From positions 192,001 through 256,000 of the forward strand of contig CAVPZX010000004.1 in NCBI GenBank assembly GCA_963710375.1: a DNA stretch of 64,000 nucleotides, written 5' to 3'. Below are positions 1-12,313 of this stretch, in pieces (position 1 is the first letter of the stretch; every line of letters begins with the position of its first letter). The notes beneath the pieces are model-generated. The model did not search any database, was not told the origin of the DNA, and was given only the letters and a program-made list of their open reading frames with translations. The translations under genes and the position numbers were made by a program. The DNA is from Nitrospirota bacterium (GTDB lineage Bacteria; Nitrospirota; Thermodesulfovibrionia; Thermodesulfovibrionales; Dissulfurispiraceae).

Positions 1-1363
1 AATGGTAATCACTGGTTCCAATGCAGGGGGGAAGACCATTGCCATTAAAACAATAGGTCTGCTTCAGATCATGGCGCTGACCGGCATGCCTGTACCTGCT
101 GATTCGGCCTCGAGTTTCCCTCTGTTTGATAAGCTGCTGATCGATATCGGGGACGAACAATCGATCGAAAACAATCTCTCCACTTTTTCAGCGCACATGT
201 CGAATATTTCCAGAATACTGAAAGCGGCTGATGCAAGGGCGTTGGTACTTATTGATGAACTCGGCACCGGGACCGACCCTGACGAGGGGGGCGCCCTCGC
301 ATGCGCTGTCTTAAAAGAACTGAAGGAAAGCAAAGCCCTTGTTTTTGCAACAACGCACCTTACGGAGATAAAAGGATTTGTATACAGGACCGAAGGCATG
401 GTGAACGCCTCCATGGAATTCGATCAGGAAGCCCTGACTCCCTTGTACCGGTTAAGGATAGGTGAACCTGGGCAGTCGCACGCGCTCGAAATAGCCCGGC
501 GATACGGTTTGCCCGACAGTATCGTAGACTCGGCAAAGGCCATGCTCGGCGGGATGAAAGTCGAATTTGACGATCTTATATCCGACCTGAGTGAAAAGAG
601 GGACCATTACGAAAAGGCGCTGGATGATATCACTAAGGAGCGGCTGGTAATAGAGGAAAGGAACAGAGCCCTAGGAATAGCATTATCCGAGGCTGAATCC
701 AGGCAGAAGCAATTGCTTGCAGATGCGTATCGCGAGGCGGCTGAGATTGTTGCCAAGGCAAAAAGAGAGATGCATGCCCTGCTCCAGGAGGCCAGGAAGA
801 TGGACAGGGAGAAAAGCCGCGAGGCGATAAAGCAGGCTGAACTGGCTCAGGAAAGCCTTGTCGGGAAAATAACGGAGTATGAAGGCCCTGCAAACTACAG
901 CGCTCCTTCGATAGACGAAATTATGGAAGGTGACGTGGTATATGTGAAATCACTGGCTGCCGACGCCCCTGTTGTGGAGATCAATCTGAAGCATAACCGC
1001 ATCAAGGTAAAAGCCGGGGGCAAAGAGGTAGAGGTGCCCGCATCTGAAATAGCACACCGCCGGGGCAAGCCGGCAACAGCGCGGCAGGAGCCCGTAACCA
1101 TCCTCAAGCCCGACGATGAGGCTGTTTCACGAATCAATCTTGTGGGCAAGAGGGTTGACGAAGCGCTCTCTCAGCTCGAACCATTTCTAAATCACGCTTC
1201 CCTTGCCGGATTCAGCGAGGTCACTGTTGTCCACGGCATCGGAGCGGGAATACTTCTAAAGGCAGTAAGGGAGCATGTTGAGCACCACCCGCTTGTGAAG
1301 AGTTTCAGAAGAGGAGAGCCCCGGGAAGGCGGCAACGGCGTGACCATATTGACGATGACGTAA
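1..1363 (+). CDS. mutS2: MutS2 family endonuclease/ATPase, C-terminal part (5' truncated by the window)
   Basis: Walker A GSNAGGKT, DELGTGTDP, ATTHL, coiled coil, C-terminal Smr domain (VVHGIGAGILLKAV...GGNGVT). Confidence 0.95.
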   Translation, partial: MVITGSNAGGKTIAIKTIGLLQIMALTGMPVPADSASSFPLFDKLLIDIGDEQSIENNLSTFSAHMSNISRILKAADARALVLIDELGTGTDPDEGGALACAVLKELKESKALVFATTHLTEIKGFVYRTEGMVNASMEFDQEALTPLYRLRIGEPGQSHALEIARRYGLPDSIVDSAKAMLGGMKVEFDDLISDLSEKRDHYEKALDDITKERLVIEERNRALGIALSEAESRQKQLLADAYREAAEIVAKAKREMHALLQEARKMDREKSREAIKQAELAQESLVGKITEYEGPANYSAPSIDEIMEGDVVYVKSLAADAPVVEINLKHNRIKVKAGGKEVEVPASEIAHRRGKPATARQEPVTILKPDDEAVSRINLVGKRVDEALSQLEPFLNHASLAGFSEVTVVHGIGAGILLKAVREHVEHHPLVKSFRRGEPREGGNGVTILTMT

Positions 1364-1425
1364 AGTAAGATGAAGGTTAACGCAGGCACTTTTTTTATCT
1401 TAACCTTAACCTTTACCTCTGCCTG
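1364..1425. repeat. Hexamer (AGGTTA/TAACCT) inverted tandem-repeat element, left arm degenerate
   Basis: aaggttaa...ct taacct taacct ttacct ctgcct directly after the mutS2 stop. Confidence 0.6.
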
Positions 1426-1462
1426 CTTTTAGTAGTAACATAGGTTACTTTTCCAGGAGGGG

Positions 1463-2848
1463 ATGCGGATAAAGCTTATGGCAAGGTGTGAGTACATTAT
1501 GGAGCGCATCGAGAGCAAGAAGAACGATTTCCTCTCCTATGATTTCTCCCAGACAGAAAGCAATGCGTTGGCGGCATTTTTTGATCTGGCACAGGAGTTT
1601 GACGGTATCGAGGATTTTTATTGCCTATGCACTGCCATCCCAAAGGCGTTCTTTGGCCTGGAAGCCAGATTTTATGTTATAGATCCCAAAGTGAATGGTT
1701 TGGCGCTTGTCGCCAAAACCGAAGAGGACGGATCTCCGCTGCGTACAGAGCCCCCTTCTTTTTTGCAGCCGGGCGAACGTCCCTATCATACCGACAGCTC
1801 AAGCCTGGTACTGACGATCCGGGGGAAAGAATTCTTAATTGACCATCTGCCTTTTAAAACTAAGGACAACGTACTCGGACTTCTAGAAATTTATCCCGAT
1901 GCTGGTGTTGACTCCCACCGCGAACTTTTTTTCGAAAAATTTGCCAACAGGATTGGTTTTAATATTCATAACCGTTTTCTTGTCGATAGAAACGTTGAGC
2001 ACCTCAAATTCATCAAGTCTCTCGTTGCAGATATTGAGCACAATATAATCATTCCTAATATGGTATATAAACTTTTTCTGAGACGGCTGAAGGGCAAGAT
2101 CACAAAGAATGTGGAAATAGAGCATCTCCTTTACAGTCTGTCAATTGATGACCCCTGCGACAAGTCCCAAATGGACCTTGCCCTTACAGAGCTTATGGAC
2201 GTTAACCATGGGTTGAATGAGGAGTTTGATAATATTGAAAAGCATTACCGGAATATGAGCCTGTTTCTCGAAACCCTGCTGCGCAGGAGCCATTTTGATC
2301 AGGGTCGCCTTACCTTGCGCACTACACCCTGCAATATAAAGCAGGATGTAGTACAGCCGCAGCTTGAGCGGTTCCTCGATCACTTCAGGGAAATGGGTAT
2401 TGCCATCGATGATAAATTCGGCGGTCTTCCAAGTGAAGAGACCATAAGCGTTGTGGATATCGGGCTTGTCGCCCAGGTGTACGCCAACCTTTTTTCGAAT
2501 GCCCTCAAATATACTGAGGAGGTTGTTACCTCTACCGGCGAAACGAAAAAATACATAGCATACGGACGCGAGATTATCAGGGACTATTTCGGGCCAGGCA
2601 AAGACGGGGTAAAATATAATGTTTTCAGCACGGGGCCGCACATCGACCCGGATGAACGGGAAAAGATATTTGAAGAGGGATACCGGGGATCCAATGCAGT
2701 CAAGAGGCCAGGGACCGGACATGGCCTGGCATTTGTAAAAAATGCCGTTGAGATACACGGAGGCGTGGTCGGATATGAGGCAACCCAATACGGCAATAAC
2801 TTTTATTTTGTCTTCCCCAGAGACAACGATAACGTAACAAGCCTATGA
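1463..2848 (+). CDS. Orphan sensor histidine kinase (HATPase_c), no obvious transmembrane segment; start may be 1499
   Basis: N-box NLFSNALKY, IFEEGY, GTGHGL, HGG; atypical H-box DIEHNIIIP. Confidence 0.85.
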   Translation: MRIKLMARCEYIMERIESKKNDFLSYDFSQTESNALAAFFDLAQEFDGIEDFYCLCTAIPKAFFGLEARFYVIDPKVNGLALVAKTEEDGSPLRTEPPSFLQPGERPYHTDSSSLVLTIRGKEFLIDHLPFKTKDNVLGLLEIYPDAGVDSHRELFFEKFANRIGFNIHNRFLVDRNVEHLKFIKSLVADIEHNIIIPNMVYKLFLRRLKGKITKNVEIEHLLYSLSIDDPCDKSQMDLALTELMDVNHGLNEEFDNIEKHYRNMSLFLETLLRRSHFDQGRLTLRTTPCNIKQDVVQPQLERFLDHFREMGIAIDDKFGGLPSEETISVVDIGLVAQVYANLFSNALKYTEEVVTSTGETKKYIAYGREIIRDYFGPGKDGVKYNVFSTGPHIDPDEREKIFEEGYRGSNAVKRPGTGHGLAFVKNAVEIHGGVVGYEATQYGNNFYFVFPRDNDNVTSL

Positions 2849-2881
2849 AGCAGCGATTGATGGGTAAAGATTGGTGGTCAA

Positions 2882-3355
2882 TTGAAAACTCATGACCGGC
2901 CTTTTGTGGAAATTTATGCGGACGGCGCTTGCAGCGGCAATCCTGGCGTAGGCGGATACGGCGCTATCCTGCGTTCGGGGCAAAAAGAAAAGGAACTGTC
3001 AGGATGCGAACAGATGACAACCAATAATAGGATGGAACTGTTCGGTGTCATTACTGCGCTTGAGCTGCTTAAGAAACCGTGCAGGATAAGGGTGATAACC
3101 GATTCGACTTATGTGGCTAAAGGAATGACCGAATGGGTAAGCGGATGGATCAGGAACAAGTGGAAAACCTCTCAGAAAAAGGATGTGCTCAACAGAGATC
3201 TCTGGGAGAGGCTGCTTAAGGCGGCCGGTCCGCATGAAATAGAATGGACATGGGTCAGGGGACACAACGGGCATTATGAGAATGAGAAATGCGACCGGCT
3301 GGCAAGGAGTGCTATAGAAGCTTGCAGGGAGCGTATAGTCCGTGAAAAAGCCTGA
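2882..3355 (+). CDS. rnhA: Ribonuclease HI
   Basis: [36 protein letters not shown]. Confidence 0.97.
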   Translation: MKTHDRPFVEIYADGACSGNPGVGGYGAILRSGQKEKELSGCEQMTTNNRMELFGVITALELLKKPCRIRVITDSTYVAKGMTEWVSGWIRNKWKTSQKKDVLNRDLWERLLKAAGPHEIEWTWVRGHNGHYENEKCDRLARSAIEACRERIVREKA

Positions 3356-4562
3356 ACTGCTTGCCCCTGCTGGTGATTTCGAGAAACTGAAGACTGCGGT
3401 ACACTATGGGGCTGACGCGGTTTATCTCGGCGATTCGAGATTCAGCCTGAGGGGGAAAGCCGGAAACTTTGCAGGCGAGGAGTTGCGTGCCGCAGTTCAC
3501 TATGCTAGGGCGCATAATGTACGCGCGTATGTAACGGTCAATATTTTTCCTCACAACAGGGACCTGCCTGCCCTAGAAGAGCATATAGAGCAACTTGGCG
3601 AAATAGCACCTGATGCCGTTATCGTATCCGACCCTGGACTTTTTGTACTCGTCAAAAAAAAAGCACCCAATTTACCGCTTCATATCAGCACCCAGGCGAA
3701 CATCACCAATGTTGCTGCCGCGCGGTTCTGGGAGGACAGCGGTGCAAGGCGGCTTGTACTTTCCAGGGAATTGTCGCTGGATGAGATAGGAGAAATCCGT
3801 AAGAAGACTTCTATCGAGCTCGAAATTTTCGTCCACGGCTCAATCTGCATATCCTATTCAGGACGGTGTTATATCAGCAGCTTTCTCGCTTCCCGTGGGG
3901 CCAATACCGGGGAATGCACTAATTCTTGCAGATGGAACTATGCACTGGTGGAGGAAAAGCGCCACGGGGAGTATTTCCCTGTTTTCGAGGACAGCCGTGG
4001 CACGTATCTGATGAGTTCCAAAGACCTGTGTATGCTGCCGCACCTGCCTCTTCTCATGGGCGCGGGCATTGACAGCTTTAAGATAGAAGGGAGGATGAAG
4101 GGGATCAATTATGTTGCGGGGGTTGTGAAGGTCTACAGGGAGGCGATAGATTCGATTAAAGCCGGCGAAGCCTATTGCGTAAAAAAAAGGTGGGCTGACG
4201 AGCTTGCAATGTTCAGCAGCAGGGGGTATACCACCGGAATGTTCTTTGGAAAACAGCCGGACTCCGATTATAATTTTGACGGTGAAAGCTACCGTATGAG
4301 CCATGAACTGGTAGGCGTTGTGTTGGAAGTGAACGATGGGCATGCCAGGATTGCGCTCAGGAACAGGCTTGATAAAGGCGATGTCGTTGAATACCTCACT
4401 CCAGGCCTTGAAGGAACCCCTTTTCCTGTTGATTCGATGCTCGATGAGGAGGGCGCTGCAATAACCTCTGCAAGGAATGAAGATATAATTTCAATCAATG
4501 CTCCAAATGGGATCAGGGGAAATGACCTCATTCGCAGGAAGAAGGTTATTCTGCATACTTAA
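3342..4562 (+). CDS. U32 family peptidase-like protein (TrhP/YegQ-like)
   Basis: [44 protein letters not shown]. Confidence 0.92.
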   Translation: MKKPELLAPAGDFEKLKTAVHYGADAVYLGDSRFSLRGKAGNFAGEELRAAVHYARAHNVRAYVTVNIFPHNRDLPALEEHIEQLGEIAPDAVIVSDPGLFVLVKKKAPNLPLHISTQANITNVAAARFWEDSGARRLVLSRELSLDEIGEIRKKTSIELEIFVHGSICISYSGRCYISSFLASRGANTGECTNSCRWNYALVEEKRHGEYFPVFEDSRGTYLMSSKDLCMLPHLPLLMGAGIDSFKIEGRMKGINYVAGVVKVYREAIDSIKAGEAYCVKKRWADELAMFSSRGYTTGMFFGKQPDSDYNFDGESYRMSHELVGVVLEVNDGHARIALRNRLDKGDVVEYLTPGLEGTPFPVDSMLDEEGAAITSARNEDIISINAPNGIRGNDLIRRKKVILHT

Positions 4563-4651
4563 TAATGCTTTCCGGCTTGCGGATGATTATCTGAGGTTTC
4601 GCTGCTGAGGTATCATGATTTGACATGTCTAATCTCCTTTTATTGACTGCA

Positions 4652-5790
4652 TTAAAAATGCCTGTCGGCCTCTTCTCCGGACAGCCTTTTGACCCCCGGC
4701 TCCCAGGCGCTTGTCTGCCAGTTATCTAAGTGGCCCGGCTCGGCGATCCAGGGTGGAACGCCGAGGGAGAGATATCTGGACATGGAATGGATGTAAGGTT
4801 CATACATCTTGCGCAGCTCAATAAGCTGTTTGTCAACGTCGTCTCCCTTCCTGAGGTCTATCCCCACATTCGAGAGTTCAGCGCGAAGACGCACAAGTTC
4901 GGCAGGCGGCAGGCGGTCAACTTTCAGTTTGTGCGGCGGACGGTTGAGTACGAAGGAGAGGTCTACTATCGCGTGCCTCGCGATCGCAAAGGTGAGTTCC
5001 GCCTGTCTTTTGCAGACTGCCTTCCATCCCCGTGATGACAAGAGCGCAGGTGTCCAGAATCGCCGATAGCGCGGCGACCCACGACTGGTTATCGTGCTGT
5101 GATCTGAAATAGACAAGTACGGGATAGGAAAGATGGCTTTCCATTATCTCAGAAGCCCACAGCTCCCACTCGCCGAGGCTGGCGTAGAAGCGCTTCGTTC
5201 ACGTTATGCCGGCATTGCCTGAGAAGCATACCAGCGGCTGTAGGAGGCGAGCCTGCGCGTGCATCGAGGATTGAAATGTTCACCTCACGCCTTGAGAAAG
5301 ATTGGTTAAGAGCCGGGAGGTATCCTATCACAAGGGCCAGCAGACCCAGGCCGATGCCGGATTCGATTACTGTGAGCGCACGCGCGCAGACCGAAACAGG
5401 CCTGACATCTCCGAGCCCGAGTGTGAAAAAGGTGGTCCCGCTCAAATAAAGATCTGTGGCAAAACCTGCCGTCCCTTCAGGGGTGTTGACCGGCGATCCC
5501 ATGCCCCAGTTCAGTAAGGCAAACCCAAAGACAGCCCCTGCAGCCCAGATGCTCAAAAGTACGATAAGCGAAAGAGGGCCATAATAACTCAGATATGTCT
5601 CCTGCCGTTTCCCCTTCACAATATGCCTGATAAGAAAGGACCAGAGCATCCACGTGTAACGATAGAAAAGTCTTGTGAGCCGGTACTTCCGCGTTACTCT
5701 GCGCGGAAGTACTATGGTCTCGAAAGCATCCCAGAGCACGAGAAAGATGATTGCTACACCCAGGATTGCGAAGAGAAAGATCACCCGCAC
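4652..5790 (-). pseudogene. Potassium channel family protein broken by two frameshifts (~5178 and ~5018); pseudogene or sequencing error
   Basis: Pore/filter-like TTFFTLGLGD in ORF 5149-5790. The protein continues as LGEWELWASEIMESHLSYP in a second frame and VCKRQAELTFAIARH in a third. Confidence 0.8.
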
Positions 5791-5875
5791 CTCCGCTGAT
5801 ATTTAGTACCCAAGATATAGAAATCATAGCACTAAAAAAATGGGAAATCTATTATGTGGCAGGCAAAGTTTGTTC

Positions 5876-6109
5876 TCAGTTGTCTTTTTGCAATCTGGGC
5901 TTTGCGCCCAGTTTATACAGGACATTTGCCATCAGGCAGAATCCGGTAAATGCAAACACGATGAGGTTGATGCCTACCAGTGCTGTCAGTATCAGCCAAT
6001 ATGGGCTGTGGACCCATGCCAGTACAGCGCTCGACAGGGAGAATATGCCTGCTATGAGCCAGATAATCCGTTCGAGATACCACGTATCGGTTTTTGCAAT
6101 ATACATCAC
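5876..6109 (-). CDS. DUF2892 (YgaP-like) small membrane protein
   Basis: ERIIWLIAG...[17 protein letters not shown]; overlaps the RND stop. Confidence 0.9.
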   Translation of the reverse strand: MMYIAKTDTWYLERIIWLIAGIFSLSSAVLAWVHSPYWLILTALVGINLIVFAFTGFCLMANVLYKLGAKPRLQKDN

Positions 6110-9100
6110 GTCCTCCTTTTTTTATACATATAATAAAGTACAGGTACCATTGTCCTCGACAGAAATGTCGAGGCAACCTCACCGGCCATAAGCGATATTG
6201 CCATGCCTTGAAATATGGGATCAAACAGAATCACCGACGACCCCACTACTACCGCAGCAGCGGTAAGAAGCATTGGCCTGAACCGTATGACGCCGGCCTG
6301 AACTACGGCTTCTTTGAGTGGCACCCCCTCTGAGAGTTTAAGCTCGATAAAGTCAACCAGTATTATGGAATTTCTGACGACTATTCCGGCCCCTGCAATG
6401 AACCCTATCATGGAGGTTGCTGTAAAGAACGCCCCCATCAGTGCATGGCCCGGCAAGATTCCTACAAGTGAAAGCGGGATCGGGGCCATGATGACAAGCG
6501 GCACCATGAAAGACTTGAACCAGCCTACGACCATTATATAGATCAAAACCAACACCGCCGCGAAGGCGATGCCCAAATCCCTGAAGACCTCATAGGTAAT
6601 GTGCCATTCGCCGTCCCATTTCATGGAATAGGTATTTTCGAGCCAGGGCTGGACAGTGGAATATTGCTTCAGCTCATATCCACCGGGCAATTTAATTTTG
6701 CTCACAGCCTGCTTCATTTTTAATATGGCGTAGACAGGGCTTTCTTCACTTCCGGCAACATCGCCGGTCACATATACAACCCGTTTCAGATTCTTGTGGT
6801 AAATGGTTTTGTCCTCTATCCCGTTCTTTATTTTCACCAGTTCGGAAAGCGGTACCATGGTACCAGAAGGCGAGGGCACTCCAATCTCTCCAAGTTTGTC
6901 AACTCCTGCCCTTTCGGCAAGCGGCGCCCTCATAAAAAGCTGAACAGGCTCCTTATCTTTTTCAATGTGTACCAGCCCCGCAGTCATACCCCCCAGTACC
7001 GCCTTGAGCGTCTGTGATACCGCTTCGGTACTGATGCCGTTGTATGAAGCCTTTTCCTTGTCGACATCAAAGGATATCTTCTGCTGGTCATCCTCAACGG
7101 ACCAATCGGTATCAACTACACCACCCGTTCTGTTGAATATTTCCTTTATCTTCCTTGCAACTGCTATCTGCCCATCGAAATCAGGCCCATAAATTTCAGC
7201 GACGAGAGTGCTCTGCACAGGAGGGCCGGGCGGTATTTCAACTACCTTGATCCTCGCGTTATAACGGTCCGCGATTTTTTTTATTCCCGGCCTTATCCTT
7301 TTTGCTATATCGTGGCTATGTGCCGTTCTTTCATCCCGTGGAACAAAATTGACCTGTATATCGGCTTCGTTCCTTCCCGAACGCAGGTAGTAGTGGCGCA
7401 CCAGACCGTTGAAATTAAACGGCGCCGCAGTGCCGATATAAGACTGATAATTGGTGACCTCCGGTACTGTTTTCAGGTATTCGCCGATCTGCCGTGCCAA
7501 CTCAGCAGTGTCCTCAAGTGCAGCGCTCTCTGGCATGTCGATAATGACCTGAAGTTCGTTCTTGTTGTCAAAAGGCAGCATTTTAACGGTCACAAGCTTC
7601 AGCGGGACAAGTGCGATGGCGCTGCCGAGCATCAGAAGAACGAGGATTATTCCTATAGTTCGCTTCCTGCTGTTTTCGAGCAGCCCCCTTAGATTTTTTT
7701 CATAAACGCGGTTCAGCACAGCAAAGAAGCGGCTTTCCGCTTTTTCTTTCTGCTCCTCACCGCCCCTTTTCGTACCTTTAAGCACGATATAGCTCAACCA
7801 GGGGCTGATAATGAAAGCAATAAGCAGGGAAAGAAGCATGGCGGCTGATGCGCCAACAGGAATAGGCCGCATATAAGGACCCATCAGACCTGACACGAAT
7901 GCCATTGGCAGGAGCGCGGCTATGACCGCAAAGGTGGCCAATATGGTGGGATTCCCCACCTCGTCAACTGCGAGCACCGCAGTTTCCCGGTCAACAGATT
8001 TTGCCCTGAAATGGCGGTGTATGTTCTCGACAACAACAATGGCATCGTCAACCAGAATGCCTATAGAAAAAATGAGGGCGAAGAGTGTGACCCTGTTGAG
8101 TGTATAGCCATGCATATAATTGACCAGGATGGTAAGGGCCAGGGTAACCGGCACTGCAACGCCAACTACTAACGATTCTCTCCATCCCAGGGCGAGCGCG
8201 ATAAGGATTGTTACAGAGATGGCTGCGATGAGCATGTGCTCAAGAAGCTCGTCGGATTTTTCTTTGGCGGTGACTCCATAGTTCCGGGTAGTAGTGATCT
8301 CTACATCCGAGGGGATCACCGTTCCCTTTATTGCAGCTATTTTCCTTAGGGCCCTTTCTGCGATGTGTGTTGCATTGGTCCCTTTTTTCTTTGCTATCGT
8401 AATAGTAACAGCCTCGTATTGCCCTGCGGGGCTGCCCTGATCACCATTCAATGCTTCTTTTTCTTCACGAGCAGCAGCCGGGCCAAAGCCCATAAAAACA
8501 TACTTTGCAGGCTCTTCCGGGCCATCGCTTATACTTGCCACGTCTCTTAAGTACACCGGCCTGATGTTTGAAACTCCTACCACCACATTTCCGACATCCT
8601 GGGCGTTCTTAAGAAATGAGCCTGTTTCAACCAGGAAATCATTATTGCCCGAGGGGAATTCACCTGAGGGCAGCACAAAGTTGGCTTTTTGCAGCGTGCC
8701 GGCAATCTGCAGCGGTGAGAGAGAGTACGCTCTAAGGCGTATTGGATCCATGACTATTTTTAGCTGCCGTTTCTGACCGCCTATAATGGTAGTTTCAGCA
8801 ACGTCGGAATCCTTTTTCAGCTCCCCCGCAACCTCCTGTGCAACCCGCCTCAGCTCATATCCGTTATACCTCCGGCTCCAGAGGGTGAATGTAAGTATGG
8901 GAACTTCGTCAATTGATTTAGGCTTGACCAGAGGTTGAGATACGCCGGGAGGAATTTTGTCGTAATTGGACATTAATTTGTTATAGAGTTTTACAATGCT
9001 GCTCTCCATGTCCTGCCCGACATAAAACCTGACAATCGCCATGCTCATGCCGGGTCTTGAGATGCTATAGATGTATTCGACACCCTTTATTTCCCATAGG

Positions 9101-9327
9101 AACTTCTCCATAGGCCTGGTGACAAGCTCTTCGACTTCTTTTGCAGAGGCGCCGGGGTAGGAGACCATCACATCGATCATCGGGACAACTATCTGCGGCT
9201 CTTCCTCACGCGGCGTTACGACCACTGCAAATACGCCCAGGACCAGCGAGGCAATGACAATCAGGGGAGTCAGCCTGGAGTTGATAAAGGCCCTTGCGAT
9301 GCGGCCTGCCAATCCTAAGTGCTTCAC
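6106..9327 (-). CDS. RND efflux transporter permease (AcrB/AcrD/AcrF family)
   Basis: 1073 aa; [34 protein letters not shown]. Confidence 0.96.
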   Translation of the reverse strand: MKHLGLAGRIARAFINSRLTPLIVIASLVLGVFAVVVTPREEEPQIVVPMIDVMVSYPGASAKEVEELVTRPMEKFLWEIKGVEYIYSISRPGMSMAIVRFYVGQDMESSIVKLYNKLMSNYDKIPPGVSQPLVKPKSIDEVPILTFTLWSRRYNGYELRRVAQEVAGELKKDSDVAETTIIGGQKRQLKIVMDPIRLRAYSLSPLQIAGTLQKANFVLPSGEFPSGNNDFLVETGSFLKNAQDVGNVVVGVSNIRPVYLRDVASISDGPEEPAKYVFMGFGPAAAREEKEALNGDQGSPAGQYEAVTITIAKKKGTNATHIAERALRKIAAIKGTVIPSDVEITTTRNYGVTAKEKSDELLEHMLIAAISVTILIALALGWRESLVVGVAVPVTLALTILVNYMHGYTLNRVTLFALIFSIGILVDDAIVVVENIHRHFRAKSVDRETAVLAVDEVGNPTILATFAVIAALLPMAFVSGLMGPYMRPIPVGASAAMLLSLLIAFIISPWLSYIVLKGTKRGGEEQKEKAESRFFAVLNRVYEKNLRGLLENSRKRTIGIILVLLMLGSAIALVPLKLVTVKMLPFDNKNELQVIIDMPESAALEDTAELARQIGEYLKTVPEVTNYQSYIGTAAPFNFNGLVRHYYLRSGRNEADIQVNFVPRDERTAHSHDIAKRIRPGIKKIADRYNARIKVVEIPPGPPVQSTLVAEIYGPDFDGQIAVARKIKEIFNRTGGVVDTDWSVEDDQQKISFDVDKEKASYNGISTEAVSQTLKAVLGGMTAGLVHIEKDKEPVQLFMRAPLAERAGVDKLGEIGVPSPSGTMVPLSELVKIKNGIEDKTIYHKNLKRVVYVTGDVAGSEESPVYAILKMKQAVSKIKLPGGYELKQYSTVQPWLENTYSMKWDGEWHITYEVFRDLGIAFAAVLVLIYIMVVGWFKSFMVPLVIMAPIPLSLVGILPGHALMGAFFTATSMIGFIAGAGIVVRNSIILVDFIELKLSEGVPLKEAVVQAGVIRFRPMLLTAAAVVVGSSVILFDPIFQGMAISLMAGEVASTFLSRTMVPVLYYMYKKRRT

Positions 9328-10517
9328 TGTAGCTTCATCCCGGAAACTATGCCGCCATCGACAGCGCTCGATATACTATCAATGATGACCCGGTCATTTG
9401 GATTTATTCCAGAAAGAATTTCGACATTATTGCCGTAATGACTGCCCGGCCTCACGAGACGGAATGAAATGATGCCGCCCTGATCAACCGCGTATACGCC
9501 TGTAAGCTCTCCTTTTTGGACTATTGCCTTGTCCGGTAAGACAATGGCAATCTTCTTACCGGTGGGTATCTTTACGCGGGCGTAAAGTCCTGTCCGTAAT
9601 AAAGGACCTGTGAGAGCAATCTTCGCGATGAACGTTCTTGACAGGGGATCGATTGAGGGGACAATTTCGGTGATCCTTCCTCTCAACTGCTGGTTGGTGG
9701 CGTCAACGGCAATATCGACAGGTGTTCCGGTAGTGACTTTACCGGTGAGATGCTCGTCAAGATTGGCTTCAAGGACAAATGAGGACACATCTTCCACTGT
9801 AAGGAGGGGAACTCCAGGCACAGCCATGCTGCCGCGCTCTGTTTTCTTTTCGGTTATAACGCCTGAGACCGGGGATAATATGGTCGTGAAATCACGATTG
9901 ACCCGCGCCTCGTTGAACAATGCCTTGGACCTCTCGTAATCCAATTCGGCGATTTTTTTCTGTGTCTCTATCTGATCTATCTCCTGTTGTGACAGCGCCT
10001 TCTCGTCATAAAGCTTCCTGTATCTCCCGTATGTTATATCAGCCAGGGATCTGTTTTGCTCTGCAGACTCAACGGCTTTCTCAGCAGCGACAACTCTTTG
10101 CACTGCATCTCTGTCATCGACTGTCAGGAGCACCTGTCCCGCGTGGACCCGGTCGCCTTCTTTCACCCTGAGCGAGGTGACGGCGCCCAGCGTTCTTGAG
10201 GCAATCTGGCTAATGGTTTTCGCCCTGATGGTGCCTGATGTTTCAAAATATTCCTCTACCTCGGATGGGTGCACCTCTGTGACAGTTACCCCATCTACTG
10301 TTTGCCTGCTTACAGCTGCGGGCCCGACCTTTTCCTTGCAGCCGGACAACAAAATGCAAAGAGCAAAGAGCATAGCGGAGATAAAGGCGAGTCCGATGCG
10401 GTTGCCTGAACTTGAGAAGTTGAGAACTTGTGAAGGTGTGAACTTATGAAGGTTTAGTTGCTCAACTTCGCAACTTCCCATCTTCTCACGTTCAATCTTT
10501 CCTTTGTGGTTAGTCAT
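9324..10517 (-). CDS. RND periplasmic adaptor (membrane fusion lipoprotein)
   Basis: Lipobox LLSGC, V.EGDRV..GQ, I.SPVSGVI; GGAGGG SD before the ATG at 10517. Confidence 0.93.
   Translation of the reverse strand: MTNHKGKIEREKMGSCEVEQLNLHKFTPSQVLNFSSSGNRIGLAFISAMLFALCILLSGCKEKVGPAAVSRQTVDGVTVTEVHPSEVEEYFETSGTIRAKTISQIASRTLGAVTSLRVKEGDRVHAGQVLLTVDDRDAVQRVVAAEKAVESAEQNRSLADITYGRYRKLYDEKALSQQEIDQIETQKKIAELDYERSKALFNEARVNRDFTTILSPVSGVITEKKTERGSMAVPGVPLLTVEDVSSFVLEANLDEHLTGKVTTGTPVDIAVDATNQQLRGRITEIVPSIDPLSRTFIAKIALTGPLLRTGLYARVKIPTGKKIAIVLPDKAIVQKGELTGVYAVDQGGIISFRLVRPGSHYGNNVEILSGINPNDRVIIDSISSAVDGGIVSGMKLQ
10408..10500. repeat. Octamer (GAAGTTGA/TCAACTTC-like) inverted tandem repeat embedded in frame in the MFP N-terminus
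   Basis: Minus strand: gaagatgg gaagttgc gaagttga ... cttcataa gttcacac cttcacaa gttctcaa cttctcaa. Confidence 0.6.
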
Positions 10518-10530
10518 ACTTCCCTCCATT

Positions 10531-11884
10531 TTATTCAATATTCAGGTCTTTCAGAATGGTCCCGCTTTCATAGCAGAGATCGGCTACGGCAACACGGTAT
10601 TGGTTCTCCTGGACAACGAGATTAGTGCGTGCGCGATTCAGAGCCACCTGCGCATCCATGAGGTTGACAAGAGGTGAAAGGGAATTTTCGTAACGAATCT
10701 TCACCAGCCGACGTCCTTCTTCAGCGGTCTTTAACTCTGACTGAGATAGCTCCAGGTTCTTCTTTGCCTCGTCAATGCCAAGGTATGACTCATACACCTT
10801 AAACGACACCATATCGATGAGCCCTTTCAGGCGCTCCTCTGTCTCAGCGGTCCTGTATCGGGCCTGTGCCAGTTCGTGCTCACGCTTAGTGCCGTCGAAG
10901 ATTTCCCACCTGAGGAACGCCGTAACTGTCCAGCTGCTGCCTTCGGACCCGAGAGGGTAGCGTTGGTCATTCAATTGATAAGAACCGCCCACGCCCACAG
11001 TAGGCCAAAAGGCCGCCTCTGAAAGTGCAATGCCGTTTTTCGCGTTCTCATGCATCGCTTCCATAGATTTGATATCTTTCCTTGAGAGCGCTGCATTTTT
11101 GTAGTATTCCATATCCCTGACAGGGATTTCCGGATACACTCCAGCAACATCGACATTATCCTGCACGCCCAGCAGGAGAGAAATATATCTCTTGTCGATG
11201 GCGAGTTTTTTCCGCATGCTGATCAGCTGGCTGCTCAGCTGCAGTGACTGCAGTTGACGCCCTGAGCGTATCGGAGAAAAGGCCAAGGCCGTCCTTAAAA
11301 CGCAATTCTGCTATGCGGAAGTGCTCTCTGGCATCTTCAAGAGTTTTTTCAGCCATTGTGACCTGCTGCCCGGCCATCACCAAGCTGAGATATGCCTGCG
11401 TAACTTTAAAGGCGACCTCCTCTCTTTTCCTCATGTATTCCTCGTTTTTTGCAGTATGCTCCAACCTTGCAATTTTGATCCCGACGTACGCCTTTTTTGA
11501 AAAGAGCGGCTGTTCGAAAGAAAGCGACGTCTGGAAATCGTTGATCGCACTTGGGTTGTTTAATGAATTAATGGCGAAATCAGATTGAGAAAACCGTTCC
11601 TGATTGAGTTTTGCCATAAAAGCATAGGTTGGATTGGTAGTGTCCATAAAGCGCTCTTCAAAATTAAGCTTGGGTAAAAGAAAACTCCGTGCAATACCGA
11701 TGTCTTCGTTGGAGACGGCAAGAGTGTTTTTAAATGCCCGTATCTCGTAGTTGTTTTCAAGGGCGCTTCTGACAGCATCGGTAAGAGAAAGCATGGCTTC
11801 CGCATCGCCGGCCGTAGCTGAAGCCGCATTGAGCAGCAGGAAGACTGTCAGAAGTATACAGAAGTTATAAATTACACTTTTAAT
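10531..11884 (-). pseudogene. TolC family outer membrane efflux protein, frameshifted near 11230; likely ATT start at 11884
   Basis: Two ORFs (11156-11794 and 10531-11286) each carry TolC repeats. The in-frame upstream extension gives a signal peptide behind an AAGGAGG SD. Confidence 0.8.
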
Positions 11885-11896
11885 TGTCTGGCCTCC

Positions 11897-12313
11897 TTAC
11901 CGAGCCGGGCCTGATGATTTCCGCTTTTTATAGCGCATGAAGGCCTTCAGTGTCTCCATATCGCACCTGCCCGTCTGCTTCTGAAATTCAGTGCAGTCCC
12001 GAAGCGAGCGGAGATCTTTTATCAAAGTTGTATCATCTTTAAGAAGCTCGCACAATACGGCAAGGAGTTGCCGGTGTTTTCCCGGCAGCACTCTTCTCAT
12101 GCTGTAGAACATGAGCTTCCCTTCTCTCCTGTCTTTGAGAAAGCCGGCTTTCAGCAGCAGTGAAAGATTTCGTGATACAAGGGGCTGAGACATGTTAAGA
12201 ACGCCCATTATCTGGCATACGCAAAGTTCCTTTTTAGTAAGCAGCATCAGTATTCTCAGACGCGATTCGTCTGAAAGGAGTTTGACAATTTCCAGCACTT
12301 CATGCATAAACAT
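11897..12313 (-). CDS. ArsR/SmtB family transcriptional regulator
   Basis: LSDESRLRIL, ELCVCQI, SQPLVSRNL, REGKLMFY. Confidence 0.95.
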   Translation of the reverse strand: MFMHEVLEIVKLLSDESRLRILMLLTKKELCVCQIMGVLNMSQPLVSRNLSLLLKAGFLKDRREGKLMFYSMRRVLPGKHRQLLAVLCELLKDDTTLIKDLRSLRDCTEFQKQTGRCDMETLKAFMRYKKRKSSGPAR

